NCBI GenBank assembly: GCA_964429275.1
Contig: CAYSBJ010000001.1
Span: forward strand, 62,001-126,000
Origin: an uncultured Pseudomonadota bacterium
GTDB lineage: Bacteria; Babelota; Babeliae; Babelales; JAUPTZ01
DNA: 64,000 nucleotides
Reading direction: 5' to 3'
Made by a program: the position numbers and the translations under genes. Positions 41,401 to 49,384 of this stretch are shown piece after piece. The notes beneath the pieces were generated by a model. That model saw only the letters and a list, made by a program, of their open reading frames with translations, was not told the origin of the DNA and did no database searches. Each line of letters starts with the position of its first letter. The first letter of the stretch is position 1.

Positions 41401-42060
41401 GGAATTTTTGATCATAGCATTATCACTGACGGAAGCTCGGGAGATTGCTCTCTGCTTGCTGTCTCAAAGCCCGCCAACCAATTTCCTACAAGCAAATACA
41501 TTATCAAGGTTGGCCCAAATGAAAAAGGAGTTATCCGCGGCGGTGGTAACGTCTATTTCGTAGATAAAGATGCTTCTATGGTTTTGGATGGTAGTGGTGC
41601 CGTAACAGCCTCGCCACATACCGTAAGCATTGGAAGCACTGCTGAAACACTAAGTTTCACCCTTTCAAATAGCGGGACCTACGCTCCCTTAGCGCCAAGC
41701 ATTGCGATCAAAGGACGATTTTACAACATTCCGACTATTACCACTTACAGCCTCTATGGCCGCGGGATAGTACAAAGTAGTGATTCAATTCCGTATATTT
41801 TTGCCGGGCCAGCCGAGGAGTTTTTTTCCGCCATAACACTCAATAACTATAGCGATTATAGCGAGCGCTACGTTCCAATGGGCATTATGAATACAATACC
41901 AATGCTGACCTATATAAATAGCGGCACAATTATACGAACCCCGCTCATCACTAGTCGGCTTAAAGACGGCACAAGCGATCAAGCAGCTGGACTGGGTTAC
42001 CTTCGAGGGGCAAAACAAATTTCAGGCGCCCCAAGCTTATTCTATTTACCAACCGAATAG
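38488..42060 (+). CDS. Large secreted protein: T/A-rich helical N-half, beta-rich C-domain shared with 54531..59870
   Basis: AGGAG RBS, signal peptide, shared PDG..NSDL, PNFG, LVLEP, VGIEADY and GGALQIGN blocks. Confidence 0.8.
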   Translation: MNRTLHFLFITCLTITGGLMASDPYQSYVDDLAAKVTLVNNLASEFGAPLVTDATNTKTAVTTSHTTITAFIDTFGGSAPSELTTIQASLATLITICDDYIIIGTLHNSLATALYTLATIDISQSASTNASIISTGVSTLTTVIGSYATTHALGLGGEGGIQNSAQWNLFLTDYARAIIAFNASSPAGIAQRLQTFATHNITLESNLAAVPSPSDDTVIDYDTSYTGAQATVTATANTVISDLAAVTTQLALLTASNQATQDDQIDYIADSSIVLQSKVDQFNSHTTAIKNKAALGVSDIALRVLQRQLLFDTVTYTQKQTLIDSITTNLAGNSTAAANVQSAVSDVGALLTITPPSFNCGPVTPSSSPTDALEAMQAEVDAQVTTYLNNLTTTIRNLFVSPPNQDTLDAALQTLTPAVYIQMTANVMLSWLTQRVSDLGANSSISLADATVAKYVAEWNALRTVLASSNAAGNTLISSAALARIATAQSNTNYASLFNSLPGSEAGTAFTLRVNALLKLPSGSIPTIKTQGINEFQRLAVQVIVAIQNGSLTAPATTTTNASATTPSPLTVPGSPSTTISDTNIMTSQLDDGDEILITGSGTLGTRLRDPIFASSISNKLSAAVKIFMNQSARIGLGTANISAHPGNTLNVLGGSGASESTSVQIIPDGNCFLDVNSDLIIGGSKPIIPTPNFGTDVHQITFYSPVPRTITVTANTTWDLSDFGSTGSGYIDYGKQIVFAGQIRLVLEPGAKIRFPHVDPSNIAQTVVLYFDDQASIVFQGDPLVIGKPWTDSGIAGTDCKRSKILGMGQIWLNKTSKMIINKPALVGIEADYTTPKTDITLSLQRNAQVLIGTSSTAGGALQIGNMYDGGSSANPEAADEDPYFPNSPVHSEFSPHITSVDFTLTINGDQPLFQIGRQGFFGIAAGIINKDGAPSSTSQAPNGVSGVPHSAWQLQRLYNVGNITLNITQGIFDHSIITDGSSGDCSLLAVSKPANQFPTSKYIIKVGPNEKGVIRGGGNVYFVDKDASMVLDGSGAVTASPHTVSIGSTAETLSFTLSNSGTYAPLAPSIAIKGRFYNIPTITTYSLYGRGIVQSSDSIPYIFAGPAEEFFSAITLNNYSDYSERYVPMGIMNTIPMLTYINSGTIIRTPLITSRLKDGTSDQAAGLGYLRGAKQISGAPSLFYLPTE

Positions 42061-42062
42061 TA

Positions 42063-42647
42063 TTATTGCTTCTCCAGATATGCCAACTCACCATCAAGTA
42101 CACGTCGTGTCTGCTGTAATTTAACCCGTTCTTCAGCACTTACTGGGTCATTACCCAAAGCAGCTAGCTGAACGTCAATGGCATCAATTTTGTTCTTAAC
42201 ATTCTTTAGCAGAGCCTTAATGCCTTCACGGCGTTTCTGCCAGAGAACTTTGAGGGCTGCCCCCGCAGCAATACCATGAAGAGCGCGTAGAGCCAATCGA
42301 GCTTTCGCCCAACGATTTGCGCTTTTAAGATCATCACGCATTGAGTTGAGCACTTCTTTCCTCTCAGCAGGCAATGCAGCCCGACCCTCTTCAATGGCAG
42401 CCAAATCATGCGTATTTTTTTTCATTTTTCTAAAGTCCTTCAACCCTCTCCATAGATCATTTGCCAAAAAGCCACCAAGCCCAGCGGTTACAATCCGCGG
42501 ATGATTTAATGCCCACGCAGCAACCTTTTCACGCAGAGATGGGTCGGCTGATCCAGGCACAAACTCCAGATCTTGTTTCACCGCAAAATTTCCTGCTGCG
42601 CCTTGCAAGAAAAAAGGAATTAGCGCAATTATAAAAAACTTTTTCAT
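42063..42647 (-). CDS. Exported small protein with hairpin-like helices
   Basis: Signal peptide; weakly hydrophobic helix-coil-helix. Confidence 0.7.
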   Translation of the reverse strand: MKKFFIIALIPFFLQGAAGNFAVKQDLEFVPGSADPSLREKVAAWALNHPRIVTAGLGGFLANDLWRGLKDFRKMKKNTHDLAAIEEGRAALPAERKEVLNSMRDDLKSANRWAKARLALRALHGIAAGAALKVLWQKRREGIKALLKNVKNKIDAIDVQLAALGNDPVSAEERVKLQQTRRVLDGELAYLEKQ

Positions 42648-42725
42648 GATTTTACCCCTGTATATATAAACCCCGTCCTAGTTTTAGTATGACAAAGCAC
42701 ATGAAGTAAAAACAAGCGGTTACAG

Positions 42726-42760
42726 CAAAAGGGGGCTGCTCAATGAGCAGCCCCCTTTTG
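42726..42760. terminator. Intrinsic terminator (serves 42777..43295 on the minus strand)
   Basis: CAAAAGGGGGCTGCTCA / TGAGCAGCCCCCTTTTG. Confidence 0.85.
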
Positions 42761-42776
42761 ATTTTTTAAGTCGGAA

Positions 42777-43295
42777 TTATTTCAGTTCGTGCCAGGGCAC
42801 CAAAGCATTTCCGGTTACTTTATGGTTTGCATAAAGCTCCGCTGCCAAACCACCAAGCACTATTCCCAAGCACACGTAACTTTTCTTTTTATAACTAGCA
42901 AGCTTGGCTTCCTCTTGTGCCAACTCCGCTTCTAAAGCGTCAAGAACGCTGTCTGACTGAGTCTCGTCGCTTGTCGTAGCATTGCCTGCATCAGTAGTAG
43001 ATTCATCAGTTTCAGCAACGTTTTGCGATTCTGCTTCTGCTACTTCTGCCGCCGCAATCTCGTTCTTCAATTCTACAATGCGCCGTTGAGTTGACTGTAT
43101 TTTTGACGCAACAAAAATTTGATACGCAAAAGCAAGTCCAGCTGTTCCAAAACCAGTCCACCAAACTTTGTTATAAGTATTACGTATAGCCTGGTCCTCG
43201 GGAGTAGGCGACAGGTGACTCTCTGCCTTAACAGATGAACTAATTCCAGCAAACGCCGCAACAAATGTCACAGCCATCAAAATCATTTTTTTCAT
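42777..43295 (-). CDS. Exported TM-coiled coil-TM protein; paralog of 43392..43937
   Basis: KVWWTG...ELK...E.K.AS..K...LYAN...TG shared. Confidence 0.78.
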   Translation of the reverse strand: MKKMILMAVTFVAAFAGISSSVKAESHLSPTPEDQAIRNTYNKVWWTGFGTAGLAFAYQIFVASKIQSTQRRIVELKNEIAAAEVAEAESQNVAETDESTTDAGNATTSDETQSDSVLDALEAELAQEEAKLASYKKKSYVCLGIVLGGLAAELYANHKVTGNALVPWHELK

Positions 43296-43366
43296 ATATA
43301 CCCTTTAAAGGAAAACTAAAGAAACTATTGGTTTCAGGCTCGTTTTTTAGTTACCAGCCAAAAATT

Positions 43367-43401
43367 AGCGTAGCAAAATATATCCAATACGTCAAAGAGG
43401 C
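43367..43401 (-). promoter_or_regulatory. Duplicated sigma70 promoter, copy 1
   Basis: TTGACG-17 nt-TACGCT; 43377..43401 identical to 44011..44035. Confidence 0.75.
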
Positions 43402-43937
43402 TCGCTGTGCCATTTTCTGTCTTCACCCAGTACCATCCGGTAACTTTCCCCCAATTTGAGCGCATCAGCATCATCCCGCCAATTAGAATTAGAAGCCTCG
43501 CCTGTAGCAGCATAATTGGCATACAGGGCAAGGATAAGCCCCACGTAGGCTGCAGCCATGCCGCCGAAAGCGCGTTTCCGCAAAGACGCAAACTTTTCCT
43601 TTTCCTGCTTAAGCGCAAAGCCTAGCGCCAAAAGATGCCCCTCTTTTTGAGTTGCCTTTGCGATGGTAATATCAGCCTTCAACTCAAGCATCCGAGCGTA
43701 AATAGACCACATTTTATTGAGCATAATCGTAGAATACACAAGCCCACCAAACGAAATAATCTCACCACCCCACCACATTTTTGAACAGCGCCCTGGTTTT
43801 TTAGAGGCCCATTCTGCGTACCTGGCTGGCACCGCACTCGGGCTCACGCCATGTACCACGCCAGCAGGGGCCGCAATGGCCACGCAAAGAGAAATCCCAA
43901 AAACTATACTTTTTACACTTAATCTTCTCATACACAA
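43392..43937 (-). CDS. Exported TM-coiled coil-TM protein; paralog of 42777..43295
   Basis: KMWWGG...ELK...EKFASLRK...LYANYAATG. Confidence 0.75.
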   Translation of the reverse strand: MCMRRLSVKSIVFGISLCVAIAAPAGVVHGVSPSAVPARYAEWASKKPGRCSKMWWGGEIISFGGLVYSTIMLNKMWSIYARMLELKADITIAKATQKEGHLLALGFALKQEKEKFASLRKRAFGGMAAAYVGLILALYANYAATGEASNSNWRDDADALKLGESYRMVLGEDRKWHSEPL

Positions 43938-44000
43938 CCCCCAGGGAGAAACTAAAAAACGCGACAGGAAAGCAAATTTCTTACCAAAACCGACCTAATG

Positions 44001-44035
44001 AGCGTACTAGAATATATCCAATACGTCAAAGAGGC
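44001..44035 (-). promoter_or_regulatory. Duplicated sigma70 promoter, copy 2
   Basis: TTGACG-17 nt-TACGCT. Confidence 0.75.
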
Positions 44036-44064
44036 CCACCCGGTAAACCTAGGCAGGCCTCTTT
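44028..44064 (-). terminator. Probable terminator of the membrane PPase gene
   Basis: AAAGAGGCC ... GGCCTCTTT imperfect inverted repeat. Confidence 0.55.
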
Positions 44065-44085
44065 AAAATTGTAACCCAGAAGTGA

Positions 44086-46074
44086 TTACAGAGTTGCAAT
44101 AAGCAACGAAATAATCGACATCAGCTTAATCAAGATGTTCAGTGAAGGACCAGATGTGTCTTTGAATGGGTCCCCAACCGTATCACCAACAACCGCAGCC
44201 TTATGAGCTTCAGAGCCCTTGCCGCCAAAGTTGCCTGCTTCAATATATTTCTTTGCATTGTCCCACGCACCGCCACCATTTGCCATCGAAAGGGCAAGAA
44301 GGATGCCAGACAAGGTTGCACCAGCAAGAAAACCGCCCAAAGCTTCTTTACCAGAAGCCCCGAAGATCAAACGCACTGCGATTGGTGAAAGAATAGTCAA
44401 CATAGCCGGAAGGAACATTTCCTTAAGCGCAGCTGTTGTACTGATTTGGATACAACGTTCATAGTCAGCTTCCGCTTTACCTTCCATGAGCCCTGGGATT
44501 TCCTTGAACTGACGGCGAACTTCTTCAACCATCTTCCATGCCGCAGACCCGACTGAGCGCATTGTCAAAGCAGAGATCAGATATGGCATTACGCCACCGA
44601 TGAAAAGACCAGAGATGATAACCGGGTTCAAGAGATCAAGGTACGCAACACCAGCCGTTTTGCAATATGCCGCAAACATAGCAAGTGAAGCCAGTGCCGC
44701 AGAACCGATAGCAAAACCTTTACCAAGCGCCGCAGTCGTGTTCCCAAGTGCATCAAGACGATCAGTAATTTCACGCACCTTCGAACCAAGACCAGCCATT
44801 TCGGAGATACCACCAGCATTGTCAGCAATTGGACCATACGCGTCAACCGACATCGTAATACCAACAGTGGCAAGCATCGATACCGCTGCAATAGATACAC
44901 CGTACAATCCACCACCATATACAAATGAGAGGTAAATCACACCAGCAAGAGCCATCACAGAAAATACAATCGACTCATATCCAAGAGCAAGACCGTAAAT
45001 GAGGTTCGTCGCCGCGCCAGATTGAGATGCTTCCGCAAGTTCACGCACTGGTTTGCCGCTTGTATAGTAGTCAGTTAACAAACCAACCACAACTCCAGAA
45101 ACCCCACCAAGGAGCACTGAGTAGAACAAAGCAATTTCAAGGCCAGTGTGCGCAATGTACTTATACGAGCCGGCCACAAAGAGCGCTATCGCAATATACG
45201 TCGCGTTGTGCAGCATTGCTGAGAGTTTAGTGCGAATAACAAAAACCGAAAGAAGCCCCACGATAGAACCCAAAAGACCAATAGCTGATAGGACAATTGG
45301 CAAACTCACATAGAGCAAGTTGCCAGCGTGGCCCTCAAAAGCTAAAACCATGGCCGCAATGCATGAACCAACGTATGACTCAAAGATATCAGCACCCATA
45401 CCAGCAGTGTCGCCTACGCAGTCACCTACGTTATCCGCAATAACTGCTGGGTTGCGAGGATCGTCCTCAGGAATGCCCATTTCTACCTTGCCAACCAAGT
45501 CTGCTCCAACGTCAGCTGCTTTGGTAAAAATACCGCCACCCACGCGAGCAAAGAGCGCAATAGAACTTGCGCCAAGACCATAGCAGGTAACCAGCTGAAT
45601 AAAGTTGTCAGCGCCGCTACCCACGAAGAAGTAAAACAACCCGCCAAGGCCAAGAAGACCTAATGAAGCAACCACGAAGCCCATAACCGACCCACCAAAG
45701 AGGGCAGTCAAGAATGCGGCATATTCACCGTCATCTTTTGCCGCCATGGTGGTGCGCTCATTAGCGGTAGTGGCCGCACGCATACCGATAAAACCTGCCA
45801 GCATGGACGACAAAGCACCCACAACATAAGCGCCAGCGGCAAGAGGATTAAACACGAGTGTTAACGCCACAAATGCCACGACCATAACTGCCAACAAGAT
45901 TGTATATTCTTTTCTTAAGAAGGCCATAGCACCCTGACGGATGAGAAGGCCAATTTTTGCCACCTTTGAATCGGTAACTGCTCGCCGGGCTATCATGCCG
46001 AACATAATAAATGTGGTCATCATCCCGAGCACGGACACTGACACAAACATAGTTAGATAACTCAATAGCTCCAT
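44086..46074 (-). CDS. hppA: Membrane-bound ion-translocating pyrophosphatase, K+-dependent, probably Na+-pumping
   Basis: [51 protein letters not shown]. Confidence 0.95.
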   Translation of the reverse strand: MELLSYLTMFVSVSVLGMMTTFIMFGMIARRAVTDSKVAKIGLLIRQGAMAFLRKEYTILLAVMVVAFVALTLVFNPLAAGAYVVGALSSMLAGFIGMRAATTANERTTMAAKDDGEYAAFLTALFGGSVMGFVVASLGLLGLGGLFYFFVGSGADNFIQLVTCYGLGASSIALFARVGGGIFTKAADVGADLVGKVEMGIPEDDPRNPAVIADNVGDCVGDTAGMGADIFESYVGSCIAAMVLAFEGHAGNLLYVSLPIVLSAIGLLGSIVGLLSVFVIRTKLSAMLHNATYIAIALFVAGSYKYIAHTGLEIALFYSVLLGGVSGVVVGLLTDYYTSGKPVRELAEASQSGAATNLIYGLALGYESIVFSVMALAGVIYLSFVYGGGLYGVSIAAVSMLATVGITMSVDAYGPIADNAGGISEMAGLGSKVREITDRLDALGNTTAALGKGFAIGSAALASLAMFAAYCKTAGVAYLDLLNPVIISGLFIGGVMPYLISALTMRSVGSAAWKMVEEVRRQFKEIPGLMEGKAEADYERCIQISTTAALKEMFLPAMLTILSPIAVRLIFGASGKEALGGFLAGATLSGILLALSMANGGGAWDNAKKYIEAGNFGGKGSEAHKAAVVGDTVGDPFKDTSGPSLNILIKLMSIISLLIATL

Positions 46075-46153
46075 GCATTCTCCTTGGAACAGTTAACAAT
46101 ATTTGGTTTATAACAGTTGATCGTATCATCTTTAAAGAGCGCCCCTAAAGGCG

Positions 46154-46221
46154 CGTCACTGCGAGAAACGAAGTGACGAAGCAGTCCAGATGTGGATTGC
46201 CGCGCTGCGCTCGCAATGACG
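46154..46221. repeat. REP/RPE-like palindromic element
   Basis: CGTCACTGCGAG...GAAGCAGTCC...GGATTGC...CTCGCAATGACG nested palindrome. Confidence 0.7.
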
Positions 46222-46420
46222 GCATTAAGCCGTCCATAAAATCGACACAGTGTAGAATACTACCCCCCGAATAAATTCAGAAGAAGGCAGTAAGTTTAAT
46301 TAAATGGTGGTTTTTGTAAAGAAATCTGACCAGTTTTTCATTTGCGACCCCCATCGAATAATGATACGCTGCTCCCCATTATTCATTTTTAGTCGATAAA
46401 ACATGGGGAAATACCAGCTT

Positions 46421-47866
46421 ATGAACACCGTTCGCACCCGTTTTGCACCAAGCCCAACCGGCTACCTCCACGTCGGCGGCCTCCGGACCGCTCTCTACGC
46501 ATACCTGCTTGCCAAGAAGCATGGCGGCCAATTCCTCCTCCGCATCGAAGACACCGACCAAACCCGACTTGTTGAAGGAGCAACCCAGAACATCATTCAC
46601 GCTCTTCAATGGGCCGGCATCGAATTCGACGAAGGCCCTGGCAAAGGCGGCCCGTGTGGCCCTTATGTCCAGTCAGAGCGCCTCGATATCTACAAAAAGC
46701 ATGCCCTTGAGCTCATAGAAAAAGGCCATGCCTACCACTGCTTCTGTTCCCCTGAACGACTCGACCAAATTCGCGCCACGCAAATGGCTCATAAATTGCC
46801 ACCAGCGTACGACAAGCACTGTCGGAACCTAAGTGCAGCGACGGTTGCCCAAAAATTAGCTAGTGAGCCAAAATCAGTAATTCGCATGAAGATCCCGCTT
46901 GAGGGCGAACTTACTTTCTCAGATCTCATTCGTGGGCCGGTAACTTTTGGCTACAAAGTAGTAGACGACCAAGTACTAATAAAGTCGGATGGGTTTCCCA
47001 CCTATCACCTCGCCGTAGTAGTTGATGACCATTACATGAAAATCAGCCATGTTATTCGCGGCGAAGAATGGCTTTCTAGCACACCAAAACACCTCCTCTT
47101 GTACGAGTATTTTGGCTGGGAAGCCCCACAATTTGCTCACTTGCCTCTGCTTCTTAACAGTGACCGCAGCAAATTAAGCAAACGACAAGGAGATGTTGCC
47201 GTTGAAGATTACAAAAGAAAAGGCTATCTGCCGGAAGCACTCATAAACTTCATCGCCTTCTTGGGCTGGAATCCGGGGGATACTCGCGAGTTCTTTACGA
47301 TGGAGGAGTTAATCAAGGAATTTTCTTTGGCCTGCGTCGGCAAAGCTGGAGCGGTGTTCAATCTGGAAAAACTAGACTGGCTCAATGGCCAATACATTCA
47401 AAAAATGCCGGCCACTACACTTGTGCAACGCCTCAAACCCTTTGCCGCCGATTATAGCTTTAGCAACTGTGACGATGCCTATTTGGCTCAAGTAATAGAT
47501 CTTTTGCGCGAAAGAACAACGCTTTTGCCGGAGTTTTTCAATAGAGGAAGCTACTTCTTCCAAGCACCAATAAGCTATGACTCAGCAATCGCCGCTAAAG
47601 CGTGGAGCCCAGAAGCAGCAGAGCACATTAAAAATATCCTTGCTCTGTTAGATAAGCTCTCTCCCTTTGATGCGTCAAGCATAGAAGCAGCAATACGAGA
47701 CCATGCCACAAGCCTTGCTATTGGTATGGGCAAAATCATCCAGCCATTGCGCTTTGCCATATCCGGCATGAGCCAAGGGCCGAGTCTGTACCACATCATT
47801 GCCTTACTTGGCAAAGAAGAAGTTGAGCGTCGCTGCTTGACGGCGATTGAACTCCTGAAGGCTTAA
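46421..47866 (+). CDS. gltX: Glutamate--tRNA ligase
   Basis: RFAPSPTGYLHVGG, RIEDTD, VIRGEEW, KLSKR. Confidence 0.97.
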   Translation: MNTVRTRFAPSPTGYLHVGGLRTALYAYLLAKKHGGQFLLRIEDTDQTRLVEGATQNIIHALQWAGIEFDEGPGKGGPCGPYVQSERLDIYKKHALELIEKGHAYHCFCSPERLDQIRATQMAHKLPPAYDKHCRNLSAATVAQKLASEPKSVIRMKIPLEGELTFSDLIRGPVTFGYKVVDDQVLIKSDGFPTYHLAVVVDDHYMKISHVIRGEEWLSSTPKHLLLYEYFGWEAPQFAHLPLLLNSDRSKLSKRQGDVAVEDYKRKGYLPEALINFIAFLGWNPGDTREFFTMEELIKEFSLACVGKAGAVFNLEKLDWLNGQYIQKMPATTLVQRLKPFAADYSFSNCDDAYLAQVIDLLRERTTLLPEFFNRGSYFFQAPISYDSAIAAKAWSPEAAEHIKNILALLDKLSPFDASSIEAAIRDHATSLAIGMGKIIQPLRFAISGMSQGPSLYHIIALLGKEEVERRCLTAIELLKA

Positions 47867-47885
47867 GATTTAGCCGCAAAACGTA

Positions 47886-47996
47886 AAATTCCCTGTATAA
47901 AGTTCGGAAATCTCGAATTTTGTACAGGGAATTTATTGAATTTGGACACAATTCCCTATACATTGTTAGAAGAATAGTAATTTTGTATAGGGAATT
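47886..47996. promoter_or_regulatory. Two tandem inverted repeats built from four AATTCCCTRTAYA half-sites (putative operator)
   Basis: IR1 47886..47934 and IR2 47950..47996, the latter abutting ATG 47998. Confidence 0.65.
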
Positions 47997-47997
47997 T

Positions 47998-49299
47998 ATG
48001 TCATATAAAAACCGTCACGCCGAAGCGCGCATCCGCCTTTTAGCACAAAACTTTAAAGTCCTTCTCGTTACTGGAGCCCGCCAAGTAGGCAAAAGCACCA
48101 TTCTCCGGCACATTTTTCCAGAACTGCCAGTCGTCACCTTCGATCCGCATGAAGATATCCACGGCGCCCTTGCAAGTCCAGACCTCTTCCTTAAAAATAA
48201 CCCAAGCCCCCTCATATTAGACGAAGTACAGTATGCACCAACCCTCCTCTCCGCCATCAAGCGCAAGGTAGATGAGTCACCTGCTATGGGCCAGTACTTT
48301 TTGACCGGCTCCCACCATATCGGGCTCATGAAAGCGGTAGTAGAAGGAATGACAGGAAGGGTTGGCATCCTTGATCTTGAGCGTATGTCGATCTTTGAAG
48401 CAAGCGAGAGCGTCCATTTTGAAGACATCTATCAAGACCCGCCGTCATGGCTTGAAGTATACCTTGTTGATCCAGCTTCAGTTGCGCGCCATTTTAACGG
48501 CCTTGCTGACCACCATACGGTCACTGATGCTCTTTGGCGTGGCGGACTCCCCGTTGCATTAGAAAAACGAGATATCTTAGTCAGCGATTACTTTTCCTCA
48601 TATATTCGCACATACCTAGAACGAGATGTTCTCTATGCAGACCCGTCAGCCGCGTCACCAATCTTCACACGCTTTTTAGGTTCTATGGCTGCACGCACAG
48701 CTCAAGAAATTAATGACACCGACATTATGGGACCACTTGGCATCAAGCGTGAAACATTCACGCAATGGGAGCATATCCTTAGACAAACCTATCAATGGAA
48801 GGAACTCCCTCCGTATTTTGGCAACACACTAAAAAGAATCGTAAAAAGAGGAAAGGGGCATTTTGCCGACACAGGATTATCCGCATACTTGCAAGGCATT
48901 CGAGAACCACTCACCCTTCTCACTCATCCCGCCAACGGCGCGCTTTTCGAGTCTTACTGCGTAAATAGCATTTTTCAAATGATGTCTGGTATGTATAATC
49001 GGCCAATGGTTTATCACTGGCGAACCTACGCCGGTGCTGAAGTTGATATTGTACTCAGCATGAATGGCAAGCTCTACCCTGTCGAAACTAAGTTTGGCAC
49101 CAACCTCAGCAAACATGACGCTCGAGGTATTACTGCTTTTCGTGAAACATACGGCCCACAAGTTCAGCACGGCCTGATTCTTTATCCAGGCGATTACGCC
49201 TATCAACTCTCAGAGCAAGTAACTGTACTGCCATTCAATGCCTTAATGAAAAAACGGAGTATTTCGCTGGGCGAGAACAGTCGCTCGACCAAAGGCTAA
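47998..49299 (+). CDS. AAA+ ATPase with DUF4143 / C-terminal PD-(D/E)xK-like domain
   Basis: GARQVGKS, ILDEVQ, LTGS, DTGL, FES, AEVDIV...PVETK. Confidence 0.87.
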   Translation: MSYKNRHAEARIRLLAQNFKVLLVTGARQVGKSTILRHIFPELPVVTFDPHEDIHGALASPDLFLKNNPSPLILDEVQYAPTLLSAIKRKVDESPAMGQYFLTGSHHIGLMKAVVEGMTGRVGILDLERMSIFEASESVHFEDIYQDPPSWLEVYLVDPASVARHFNGLADHHTVTDALWRGGLPVALEKRDILVSDYFSSYIRTYLERDVLYADPSAASPIFTRFLGSMAARTAQEINDTDIMGPLGIKRETFTQWEHILRQTYQWKELPPYFGNTLKRIVKRGKGHFADTGLSAYLQGIREPLTLLTHPANGALFESYCVNSIFQMMSGMYNRPMVYHWRTYAGAEVDIVLSMNGKLYPVETKFGTNLSKHDARGITAFRETYGPQVQHGLILYPGDYAYQLSEQVTVLPFNALMKKRSISLGENSRSTKG

Positions 49300-49314
49300 A
49301 TCACCGAAGGATCA

Positions 49315-49363
49315 AAAGTGCCTTGCAATTCTGAATTCACAATTCGATTTTGCAAGGCACTTT
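49315..49363. terminator. Stem-loop between convergent genes
   Basis: AAAGTGCCTTGCAA ... TTGCAAGGCACTTT. Confidence 0.7.
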
Positions 49364-49384
49364 CAAAAATTTAATGGAAAACCA

